Origin: Candidatus Binatia bacterium
GTDB taxonomy: Bacteria > Desulfobacterota > Binatia > UBA9968
Reading direction: 5' to 3'
Length of the DNA: 61,263 bases
NCBI GenBank assembly: GCA_036506735.1
Contig: DASXRG010000184.1
Coordinates: 1 to 61,263 of the forward strand
In this document: positions 8,989 to 16,670 of the stretch, one piece after another
Layout: the number at the start of each line of letters is the position of its first letter
Numbering within the stretch: position 1 is the stretch's first letter
Notes under the pieces: model-generated
What the model was told of the DNA's origin: nothing
Seen by the model: the letters and a program-made list of their open reading frames with translations, nothing else
Database searches by the model: none
Translations under genes and position numbers: made by a program

Positions 8989-9149
8989 TGATCAATTTTA
9001 TCCTACCGTACGACCGGGTTGCGTTACTTGAGCGTACGCTTACCGGCTCGGTACATTGTTCGGATATGTCAAATGTCGCCGGGTGTCAAATATCCTTTTG
9101 GAATACCGCAACCATGACGTTTTGGTTATGCGAATCCCTCGACGGTAAT

Positions 9150-10043
9150 TTATCGACTTCGGTGCACTCGCTTACGGAGCAGAGCGAGAAAGTCCTGTGC
9201 GGCAGGCGAGAGGGGTCGGTCTTTATAGTAAACGATGTAGCTCTGGACGGTTAATGCCAGCCCCGGAATTTCCAGGACTTTGAAAAGTTTGTTTCGAATC
9301 TCCTGGATCAGCATGTCTTGAAACAAGATTCCCAGTCCTATTTTGTTTTTCACAACTATTTTGACCGAAGCCGGACTGCCGCATTGTATGGCAATCTTAG
9401 CTCCTAATCCTTCATGCACGAGATGGTTGAGCATCTTGTCTACTGCGCTTGCCATCCCCGTGGTCACCAGCGCGGCTTGACGAAGGTCCGACAAGGTCAA
9501 CCTTTTCTTCTTCGCGAGCGGATGATTCGGCGCCGCAAACACGACCAGCTTTTCTTTGCGAAAGGGTTCGCTGGCAAATTCAGGATTAACGGGAAGTTCG
9601 TTGAGCAGCGCGATTTCGACAGTCGAATTTAGCAACATCGACTTCACTTCTCTGGTGGTGCCGGTTCGCAGAATGATGGAAGCGTCGCGGTGCTTGTTTT
9701 TGAAATTGACCAGCAGCGAAGGAAGCACAAGCGCCGATGCGGCATAGCTCCCCGCGATCTTGAGAGGATCCGAGTTTTTCAAGCTTTTAGGAGACTTGAG
9801 TTCTTTTCTTGCCTCATCAAGATGAGCCAGAATGACGTTGGCGTGGCGCAAAAGAGCGGATCCCGCGTCGGTAAGCTCGGCGGCTCCGGCATTTCTCTCG
9901 AATAATTTTACCCCGTAATCCTCCTCTAAATTCTTGAGGTGTTTGGAAACCGACGGCTGGCTAACGTGAAGCAATTGGGCCGCCCTGGTGATGCTTCCGT
10001 TATTGGCGACCGCTTGAAAAGCCTTCAACTGCGCGAAATTCAT
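9150..10043 (-). CDS. LysR-family transcriptional regulator
   Basis: 297 aa. N-terminal HTH: LKAFQAVANNGSITRAAQLLHVSQPSVSKHLKNLE. The gene is visibly AT-richer than its neighbours. Confidence 0.9.
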   Translation of the reverse strand: MNFAQLKAFQAVANNGSITRAAQLLHVSQPSVSKHLKNLEEDYGVKLFERNAGAAELTDAGSALLRHANVILAHLDEARKELKSPKSLKNSDPLKIAGSYAASALVLPSLLVNFKNKHRDASIILRTGTTREVKSMLLNSTVEIALLNELPVNPEFASEPFRKEKLVVFAAPNHPLAKKKRLTLSDLRQAALVTTGMASAVDKMLNHLVHEGLGAKIAIQCGSPASVKIVVKNKIGLGILFQDMLIQEIRNKLFKVLEIPGLALTVQSYIVYYKDRPLSPAAQDFLALLRKRVHRSR

Positions 10044-10086
10044 GGCCGCTCCCTGTCACTCAAATATCAATCAACTTCTTTCCTCT

Positions 10087-10926
10087 TCACTCTTCCCTGC
10101 GCCACGAGTAGCGCGGGTGCCACTGAAGCAATCGCTTGGCGCGCTCGTTGCTCACGCCCGGCCGGTCTCCGGTCAGCGTTTTCGCCATCTCTCCCAGGCC
10201 GGGCAGGAGTCGCGGCAGCAGCTCGCACAGCGGCTCGGGCGCCGTGCTATCGTCGGCGGCGATGAAGAACACGCCGTGGCCGAGATTGGGAACTTCTACG
10301 GCGCGACGGAAAGCGCCGGCGAGATCGCGTGGATCGATGTAAGCGCAAAGGTCGAATCTCTTCGGGTAGCGGCCCCCTTGCTCCCGCAGTTGCCGGGCCG
10401 CCTCCGGGAACTGGACCCACGGTGGGCGCAGCGCGATCGCTTGCATGTCGCACTTGACAGCATAGCCGCGCGCGATCTCTTCGCCGCATAGCTTCGACAG
10501 GCCGTAGGGATCGTGCGGGTTTAGCGGGTGATCTTCGTCGATCGGCAAATATTTGGGCATGAATTCACGCTCGCGATAGGTCCAACCGAGAACGGCGCCG
10601 CTGCTGGTCGAAACGATCCTCTTGATGCCCAGACGATAACAGGCTTCGTGGACGTTGTAAGTGCCGAGCGTGTTGATGCGGAAGAGAACGTGGTCGGGGA
10701 CTTTTTTGCCCGGCACGGGAATCCCGGCCAGGTGAACGACCGCGTCGGCGCCGGCCAAGGCCTGAACGACTTCGTCGAAATTCTCGATGTCGCCTCCGAT
10801 CCAGCGGATGTCTTTGGCCTCCGCCGGAGCCGCCCGATCAAAAACCGCGACGGAGTGGCCGCCGCACAACTCACGGACAACGTAGGCCCCGATTTTCCCC
10901 GCGCCGCCGGTAACAACAATTTTCAT
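10087..10926 (-). CDS. NAD-dependent epimerase/dehydratase (SDR) family protein
   Basis: 279 aa. MKIVVTGGAGKIGAYV Rossmann motif. Confidence 0.85.
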   Translation of the reverse strand: MKIVVTGGAGKIGAYVVRELCGGHSVAVFDRAAPAEAKDIRWIGGDIENFDEVVQALAGADAVVHLAGIPVPGKKVPDHVLFRINTLGTYNVHEACYRLGIKRIVSTSSGAVLGWTYREREFMPKYLPIDEDHPLNPHDPYGLSKLCGEEIARGYAVKCDMQAIALRPPWVQFPEAARQLREQGGRYPKRFDLCAYIDPRDLAGAFRRAVEVPNLGHGVFFIAADDSTAPEPLCELLPRLLPGLGEMAKTLTGDRPGVSNERAKRLLQWHPRYSWRREE

Positions 10927-10988
10927 GCTTCCTTCTCCATTCCGTTATCCGAAGCGACGCCAAGGGCACAAGGCTCCAGGTCGCGGCC

Positions 10989-11018
10989 TCAGCCTGAGGC
11001 TGATCCGCCTCTGGCGGA
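10989..11018. repeat. Twin-hairpin module (family C) copy 1: TCAGCCtgaGGCTGA + TCCGCCtctGGCGGA
   Basis: Two adjacent 15-nt perfect stem-loops read directly. Confidence 0.8.
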
Positions 11019-11020
11019 GA

Positions 11021-11211
11021 TAGCACAATTCCATGAGTCGAACTTTTCTTGTCGGACGTCCGCGACCTTCCACCTTGCGCCCTCGCCGTCGCAAGAGAAA
11101 GCGGCTGCCCGGTTGGAGAGCCGGCGCGTCCGACACGAACGTTTGAATTAAAAACCGCCCTATCGCGCGGGCTCGGAGACCGGGCAGCCGCTTTCTCTCA
11201 ACTGCGATCAC
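11021..11211. repeat. Long structured intergenic element (family D/E), copy E1
   Basis: About 190 nt. A conserved 5-prime block ccatgagtcgaac..tcggacgtccgcg..cttgcgccc is followed by a long imperfect hairpin (gagaaagcggctgcccgg...ccgggcagccgctttctc). Homologous by eye to 56166..56356. Confidence 0.75.
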
Positions 11212-11221
11212 AACCAACGAG

Positions 11222-12355
11222 TCACGAGCCGAGGGCCGGCATCCGGCAGGTGATTCCCGCTTCCTTGAGCGCGCGCTCGAAATCGCGCCGGACGGCGGGA
11301 TCTTCGTCTTCGTACTCGATCATGGTGCCGCCCATCTTCATACTTAGGACCGCGGCGCGCTCGTCGCCCACGACCCTGAGACCCATGCGGTACTTGGAAC
11401 CGCCAGTGCGAAACGCGATATGCCGCGCGGGCTCTGATCCCGTGTTGAAGTGCTGGTGAAACCAGCCGTCCGGCGGGCTGTAGACCGAGCCCTCTTTCCA
11501 GTGAATCTTGATGACAGAATCGCCGCGGCCGTCTTTGAACGGCGTCGGGCCGAGCTCCTTCGGCCATAGGAGGACGTAGCCTTTCGATTTCAAGCCCAAA
11601 AGCACGGCGCCCGGCCCGTGGTAATGGGCCTTGTGGTAAATACCCACGGGCCACTCGGAGATGTGTCCGGTGAAAACGTTTTCCGAGATCTCAAATCCCA
11701 TGATCCTCACGCCCGCTCCCTTGGGGCGCTCGCGCGGGTCGACGAAGGCGGTGCGCAGATCGGCGACAAAGTTGCTGCTCAACACCGCGTGCTGCCCCGG
11801 CGCGCGCTCCACCACTTCCGAGCGTTTAAAATAATCTTCTTCACCGTGGTAGCGGTCCTGGAAGGTGAAAGCGTCGCCGAAGACGAATTCCGGACTGTGA
11901 AAGAGATCCATAACAATAGGCGCGTTGGTGACAGCGAGAAATAGAGCCGCTTCGGAGCCGCCGTTATAAAAGCGGTGCCAGGTGTTGAGCGGCGGCGAGA
12001 AGAAACTTCCCTGCGCCCACTCGAAGATCCGCTTGGGCTTGCCGTCCTGCCAGATTTCCGTCGCGCCCGCGCCGCGTAAAATATAAATCAATTCTTCGTA
12101 GAGGTGCTTCTCCGGCTCGAGCGATTTCCCCGGCGGGATCTCCATCACGTACATGCCGGTGAAGCCGCTCTCTTTCATGCCGTCCAGTTGGATGAACGCT
12201 CCTTTGCCGCTGGAGCGCGCCCACGCCTTGCGCTCGATCGCCGTCACGTCCTCGATCCCGCCCGCCGCCGCGGCGATCGGCACCCCTTCTCCCTCCATCC
12301 ACTCGTCGTAAGTGGTTTTGGGAGGAACTTTGCTCATGCTGATGGGACGACGCAT
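11222..12355 (-). CDS. Bicupin-domain protein, function unknown
   Basis: 377-aa ORF with two cupin cores (C-terminal HKAHYHGPGAVLLG...GWFHQHFN). The start is ambiguous; an alternative ATG at 12337 gives MSKVPPK. Confidence 0.7.
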   Translation of the reverse strand: MRRPISMSKVPPKTTYDEWMEGEGVPIAAAAGGIEDVTAIERKAWARSSGKGAFIQLDGMKESGFTGMYVMEIPPGKSLEPEKHLYEELIYILRGAGATEIWQDGKPKRIFEWAQGSFFSPPLNTWHRFYNGGSEAALFLAVTNAPIVMDLFHSPEFVFGDAFTFQDRYHGEEDYFKRSEVVERAPGQHAVLSSNFVADLRTAFVDPRERPKGAGVRIMGFEISENVFTGHISEWPVGIYHKAHYHGPGAVLLGLKSKGYVLLWPKELGPTPFKDGRGDSVIKIHWKEGSVYSPPDGWFHQHFNTGSEPARHIAFRTGGSKYRMGLRVVGDERAAVLSMKMGGTMIEYEDEDPAVRRDFERALKEAGITCRMPALGS

Positions 12356-12371
12356 AAGAATTTTCGATTTT

Positions 12372-12401
12372 TCCGCCCGAGGCGGATCAGCCCCCGGCTG
12401 A
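12372..12401. repeat. Twin-hairpin module (family C) copy 2, inverted orientation
   Basis: TCCGCCcgaGGCGGA + TCAGCCcccGGCTGA, flanked by a perfect 13-nt direct repeat attttcgattttt at about 12360-12372 and 12404-12416. Confidence 0.8.
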
Positions 12402-12481
12402 AGATTTTCGATTTTTGGATTTTAGATTGTAGGAGCAAGAATTCAAGAATCGTTTCAGCAATGTGTTGTGCATCAGATTTT

Positions 12482-12868
12482 TCACCACAAGGTTCGAATG
12501 GGATACTGGTGAATTAGCTCATCGGAAGTCAGGATCGCGAGATGGTGCACGACCGCTTGGCAAACCAACATTCGGTCGAAAGGGTCCTTATGCAATAGCG
12601 GAAGCCGGCTCAGATGCAGAGCGGCTTCTTCATCGAGCTGCAACGGGTCGATGCCATGTTGCTTGCGCTGGAGCGGAACGAAACGTCCCGGAGGTTCCGG
12701 CAGAGGCAGCCTGCCCAAAGCATATTTCACAGCGATCTCCCACGCGGAGACTGAACTCAGGAAGATTTCGTTGTCCGGATCCGCGAATATTTCGCGCGCG
12801 TCGTCCGAAAACTCGGGCGCGTCACTGACCACCCACAGGAACGTGGCGGTGTCCAACAACACCCTCAC
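12482..12868 (-). CDS. vapC: Type II toxin, PIN-domain VapC family
   Basis: 128 aa. MRVLLDTATFLW...SAWEIAVKYALGRL...DPFDRMLV pattern of PIN toxins. 4-nt overlap with the upstream antitoxin gene. Confidence 0.85.
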   Translation of the reverse strand: MRVLLDTATFLWVVSDAPEFSDDAREIFADPDNEIFLSSVSAWEIAVKYALGRLPLPEPPGRFVPLQRKQHGIDPLQLDEEAALHLSRLPLLHKDPFDRMLVCQAVVHHLAILTSDELIHQYPIRTLW

Positions 12869-13110
12869 GGTCGCTCGCCATCAAACGCTTTGATGAATTC
12901 AGCAGGAAGGGGTTTAAAGAAATCGCGCGGGACCTTAAACTTTCCTTTGGCTAGGCCAATCGGGCGCTTGGCTTTCCGGTGCGGCGGCAGTGGACGAATT
13001 TCCGCAATCGGAATATTTCGCTTGCACAAAATAATGCTTTCGCCCCGAGCCAGCCTTCCAAGGTAACGCGAAAGATGAGTTTTTGCTTCGTGAATGTTCA
13101 GCCGAATCAT
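12865..13110 (-). CDS. Type II antitoxin (Phd/YefM-like) partner of VapC
   Basis: Track ORF trimmed to the internal ATG giving MIRLNIHEAKTHLSRYLGRLARGESIILCKRNIPIAEI, an antitoxin-typical N-terminus. 81 aa. Confidence 0.75.
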   Translation of the reverse strand: MIRLNIHEAKTHLSRYLGRLARGESIILCKRNIPIAEIRPLPPHRKAKRPIGLAKGKFKVPRDFFKPLPAEFIKAFDGERP

Positions 13111-13180
13111 CGTTCTTGTGTAGCCTAAGTAGTGAACTAAGTCAACGATCAAGCTAAGCCGCCCTTAATTCCAAAATTCC

Positions 13181-14656
13181 TCAGTCGATGCCAAACTCCT
13201 TCCAGCGCTTTTTCACCTGCTCGCGCGCGGCTTCTTCGGGGAGACAGGACGGCGGATGCCTGAGGCCGCCCCACTCGGGGCGTGGGTCCCAGTCCATCGG
13301 CCAGGTGGCGTCGATCAAAATCTTGTCGGTGTTGCCGACGCCGCCGGTCCGGGCGAGAACGTCCGGATGGTTCGAAGGGTCGAGCTCGCCGCCGGAAAAG
13401 CCGCGCATGATCTGCACGTCTTCGGCCGGCCGCACCCGGTTGGCGATGGCGATCATGATCTTGTTGAGATCGCTGATGTTGACGTCGTCGTCCACGACGA
13501 TCGTTATCTTGCCGCCGCCGCCGAGGCCCCAGAGAGTAGCGGCGACGCGTTTCGCCTGGCCGTAGTAGGATTGCTTGATCGAGATCACCGTGACCGTGGT
13601 GCCGCCGCCGCCGAAGGAGCGGAGCCCCTTGATTCCCTCGACGCCGCGGTCCTCCATTTGATTCCAGGTCACGGCCGCGCGAATCGGGCCGATCGCGGCG
13701 TTCGATTCCGTCGTGAGCGACGTCGAGGTGGCACCGACGTAGCGCGTCGTGTGAATGGGATCGCGCCGGTGCGTGATGCAGTTGACGTGGAACACCGGGC
13801 GGCGCTCGTCCTTCAACGTGACGTAGTGTCCGGTGGCCTCGCCGAACGGACCTTCGGGACGGAAATCCTCCGGATCGACCGTCAATTCTCCTTCGAGAAC
13901 AATCTCCGCGTCGGCCGGAACGGCGAGGTCGATTGTCTCGCACCGGGTCAATTCCAGCGGCGCCTCGCGCAGCGCGCCGACCATTTCGTATTCGTAGACG
14001 CCCGACGGGAAGTTGACCGCGGAGCAGATGAGGCAAAGCGGATCGACGCCGATCGCGACGGCCATCGGCATGCGCCGGTGCCCGAGGTCGCGCCAGCGGC
14101 GCATGTGGACCGCGCCGTGGTGATGCACTTCGATCAGCATGCCGATCGTGTTGCGATCCTGGATCATGCCGCGGTAAGTGCCGACGTTGATCCAGCCCGA
14201 CTCGGGATCGCGCGTGATGACGTTCGACCAGGTCATGACGTAGCGTCCGCCGTCGAGCCGGTGGATCTTCGGCGTCGGGAACTGGTGGAGATCGACGTCG
14301 CCGCCTTGCAGCACGACCTCTTTACACGCGCCGCGCGGGACCAGCACCGGTTTCAGCGGGCGCCGCAAACGCCGCCGGACGGTTTGAACGACTTCGTCTT
14401 GGGGCGCGTTGGGCGACAGGCCGAGAGCGACTTTCCCGCGGGCGGCGCTCTCGATGAAGTTTACGGCCAATCTCTTTCCCCGCGTGGTCTCATGGTCTTT
14501 GATCTTCTCGAAGATGAGCGCGGGACTGCGGCGCACGAGTCCCTCGAAGGCGACGACGCCCAGCTCTTCATCCCAATCGACGCCCGCGGTGACGTGTTTC
14601 AGATCGCCGAGCTCTTCGAGCCTGGCGAGATAAGCGCGAAAATCTTTGTAGGACAC
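13181..14656 (-). CDS. UbiD-family (prFMN-dependent) decarboxylase
   Basis: The track ORF is over-extended across the upstream gene. I trimmed it to an in-frame GTG preceded by GGAGGGAG, giving MSYKDFRAYLARLEELGDLKHV, a canonical UbiD N-terminus. 491 aa is family-typical. Confidence 0.85.
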   Translation of the reverse strand: MSYKDFRAYLARLEELGDLKHVTAGVDWDEELGVVAFEGLVRRSPALIFEKIKDHETTRGKRLAVNFIESAARGKVALGLSPNAPQDEVVQTVRRRLRRPLKPVLVPRGACKEVVLQGGDVDLHQFPTPKIHRLDGGRYVMTWSNVITRDPESGWINVGTYRGMIQDRNTIGMLIEVHHHGAVHMRRWRDLGHRRMPMAVAIGVDPLCLICSAVNFPSGVYEYEMVGALREAPLELTRCETIDLAVPADAEIVLEGELTVDPEDFRPEGPFGEATGHYVTLKDERRPVFHVNCITHRRDPIHTTRYVGATSTSLTTESNAAIGPIRAAVTWNQMEDRGVEGIKGLRSFGGGGTTVTVISIKQSYYGQAKRVAATLWGLGGGGKITIVVDDDVNISDLNKIMIAIANRVRPAEDVQIMRGFSGGELDPSNHPDVLARTGGVGNTDKILIDATWPMDWDPRPEWGGLRHPPSCLPEEAAREQVKKRWKEFGID

Positions 14657-14750
14657 GGCTCCCTCCGTTAAAAACCGTTTGAATCGTTCGCAGCGTTTGA
14701 TTACATCAAAACCCCGCCTCTTGAGGCGGGCACAATACCGATGGGGTTTC

Positions 14751-14781
14751 CAAAGGGGAGAAGCGGCAGCTCTCCCCTTTG
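14751..14781. other. Intercistronic stem-loop (11-bp perfect stem)
   Basis: caaaggggaga-agcggcagc-tctcccctttg lies between the oxygenase beta gene and the UbiD gene. No U-tract, so it is not an obvious intrinsic terminator. Confidence 0.5.
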
Positions 14782-14796
14782 ATATAAATTGATTCG

Positions 14797-15345
14797 TCAG
14801 AAAAAGATGCTCAGGTTCCTTGTGGTCAATACTGCCTGATCCAGCAAGATGGTCCTTCGCGCCAGTCGCCAACGGCCGTCCACTTTGCGCAAAAGATCCT
14901 GCCGCTCGCCTGAATAGGACGAGGGCGCCGCCGGGGCGGGGCGATCGCGAAAGACCAGAATGTAGCTCCAGACTTCGAGCTCGTCGGGGTTCGAGGTCGC
15001 GCGCACCCGGACGTTGGTCACGAGATGGCGCGTGCGCGAGGGCGGGCTTTCCGCCCACGCCATGTCGGTGCCGAGGCGTTGGACGCGCAACCGGAGCGAG
15101 GCGATGTTGTCGGAAAAAATCTCGGTCTCGGTCGTGTCCGCCTTGGCTTTGCGCGAGCGGTTTTGGCGCGCGGGCATCCGATAGGTCAGGTCTTCCGTCA
15201 TTAAATCGAGCCATTCGGTGAAGCACCCGGCATCGAGCAGCTCGGCCTCGTCGTAGAGAAAGTCGAGAGCTTCGGCGTAGAGCGGATCCGTCGAGGCGAG
15301 ATTTTTTTTGCCCGTGTTCATCTCTCGCACCGCCTCACGCGCCAT
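14797..15345 (-). CDS. Aromatic-ring-hydroxylating oxygenase beta (small) subunit
   Basis: 182 aa. DPLYAEALDFLYDEAELLD...RHLVTNVRV is typical of the SnoaL-like beta subunit. It overlaps the alpha gene stop by 11 nt; an alternative start MNTGKK lies at about 15321. Confidence 0.85.
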   Translation of the reverse strand: MAREAVREMNTGKKNLASTDPLYAEALDFLYDEAELLDAGCFTEWLDLMTEDLTYRMPARQNRSRKAKADTTETEIFSDNIASLRLRVQRLGTDMAWAESPPSRTRHLVTNVRVRATSNPDELEVWSYILVFRDRPAPAAPSSYSGERQDLLRKVDGRWRLARRTILLDQAVLTTRNLSIFF

Positions 15346-16657
15346 TTTGGATCAGCTCCTGCCAGCGCCGGTAGAAGTGGCGCTCGTTCAATTCGAGAAA
15401 GCTCGGGCGCTGGAGATACGCGGTGCCGGGTCCAGGCCATCCGGGCGCCGGCGTCACTTCCAGCCCCATCTTGTACTGGAGGTCGAGACGGCACGCCCTC
15501 GGGCCGCGGAGCGCTTGCGTGATCTCGCCCCAATTCTCCATGTCGTCCTGCTCGAACATCCCCGCTATGCCGAAACTTCTCAGATAACATTCCTTCGACG
15601 CTTCTTTCCACGCTGCGGGAGCGTTTTTGTCGACGAAGCACCACGACCAGACTTCCATCTGCTGCGGCCCCTTCGGCTGCCACTGGCGCAGGGTGAGAAA
15701 AGAGACCGTCGCTTCTGCGCGACCAGCCCATTCTTCCGGCGTATGGGACGAGGTGTTTAAAAAGCTCAAGTTGGGGAAAAAATTTCCCACGATCACCTGG
15801 AGGCGTTCCATCAATTTGAACTGCTCGGGGCTCAGTTGGCGTCTGAGCTCGGGCCAAAGCGATTGGGGCAAGTCGAGATAGGATTGGTATTGGGCGCCGT
15901 CGGGCCACGACGTGATCGCGGCCGCGTGGCCGCCCGGCGCCGGGAAGGTGTAGCTCTCCCTTTTTCCACCGATGGTTTCGATCCCTAGAGCGGTGCGGAA
16001 ACCGTGCGTCGTAAATATATGAGTCCCGTCGCCGGCGAAGTTGGCGGCGGCGAGCTTCCAGTTGGCGTCGGTGATCCACCGCATCGGTGCGCCCACAACC
16101 TCCGACCCTTCACTCCGCCCGAACATCAAATCCAATACCCATCTCATCTCGCCAAGATACTCCTGAAGCCCCTCCGCTTTGTCATCCCAGCTCCCGAATA
16201 TCAGCCCGCGGTAACTCTCGATCCGCGCCTCGCATAATCCCAGACTCTCTTTCTCCAGCTTTCCCTGATAGCCTTCGAAAAACGGCACCGCCAAAAGTTT
16301 TCCCATGTTGCTGTAGGTCCAGCCGTGATAGGGACAGCGCAGCTGCGCCGCCTTGCCCGCGTCCTCGGCGCACACTCTGCGGCCGCGGTGGCGGCAGACG
16401 TTCAAAAATACCCGCGCCTTCCGGTCCTGCCCCCGCCACACGATCACCGGATCTTCGCCCATCGAGCGCGTGACGAAGTCGCCCGGCTCGGGAATCTCCG
16501 AATCGTGGGCCAAAAATAGCCATGAGCGGCTATAGATGCGCTCCTGCTCGAGCCGGTAGATCTCCTCGTCGACGAAAATTTTCGCGCTCACCAATCCGGC
16601 GTCGGCGTCCACCCAGGATGCGGTCGTCTTTTGCGCGGGATTTTTCCTATTCCCCAT
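15335..16657 (-). CDS. Rieske-type aromatic-ring-hydroxylating oxygenase alpha subunit (copy 1)
   Basis: 440 aa. Rieske motif CRHRGRRVC..CPYHGW and the 2-His iron motif DGTHIFTTH. Confidence 0.9.
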   Translation of the reverse strand: MGNRKNPAQKTTASWVDADAGLVSAKIFVDEEIYRLEQERIYSRSWLFLAHDSEIPEPGDFVTRSMGEDPVIVWRGQDRKARVFLNVCRHRGRRVCAEDAGKAAQLRCPYHGWTYSNMGKLLAVPFFEGYQGKLEKESLGLCEARIESYRGLIFGSWDDKAEGLQEYLGEMRWVLDLMFGRSEGSEVVGAPMRWITDANWKLAAANFAGDGTHIFTTHGFRTALGIETIGGKRESYTFPAPGGHAAAITSWPDGAQYQSYLDLPQSLWPELRRQLSPEQFKLMERLQVIVGNFFPNLSFLNTSSHTPEEWAGRAEATVSFLTLRQWQPKGPQQMEVWSWCFVDKNAPAAWKEASKECYLRSFGIAGMFEQDDMENWGEITQALRGPRACRLDLQYKMGLEVTPAPGWPGPGTAYLQRPSFLELNERHFYRRWQELIQNGA

Positions 16658-16670
16658 AGAAGGCGCGCTG

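Noticed and set aside
13181-15226. N-terminal extensions of track ORFs: 6857..7876, 12865..13152, 13181..15226, 18041..19240, 24106..24576, 27759..29270, 30339..31511, 33095..33460, 37703..38170, 56363..57700 and 60563..60967.
   Set aside because: The extensions overlap the upstream gene or an intergenic repeat and translate to non-homologous sequence. Internal ATG or GTG codons, often with a GGAGG-type RBS, give family-typical N-termini, so I trimmed the starts.
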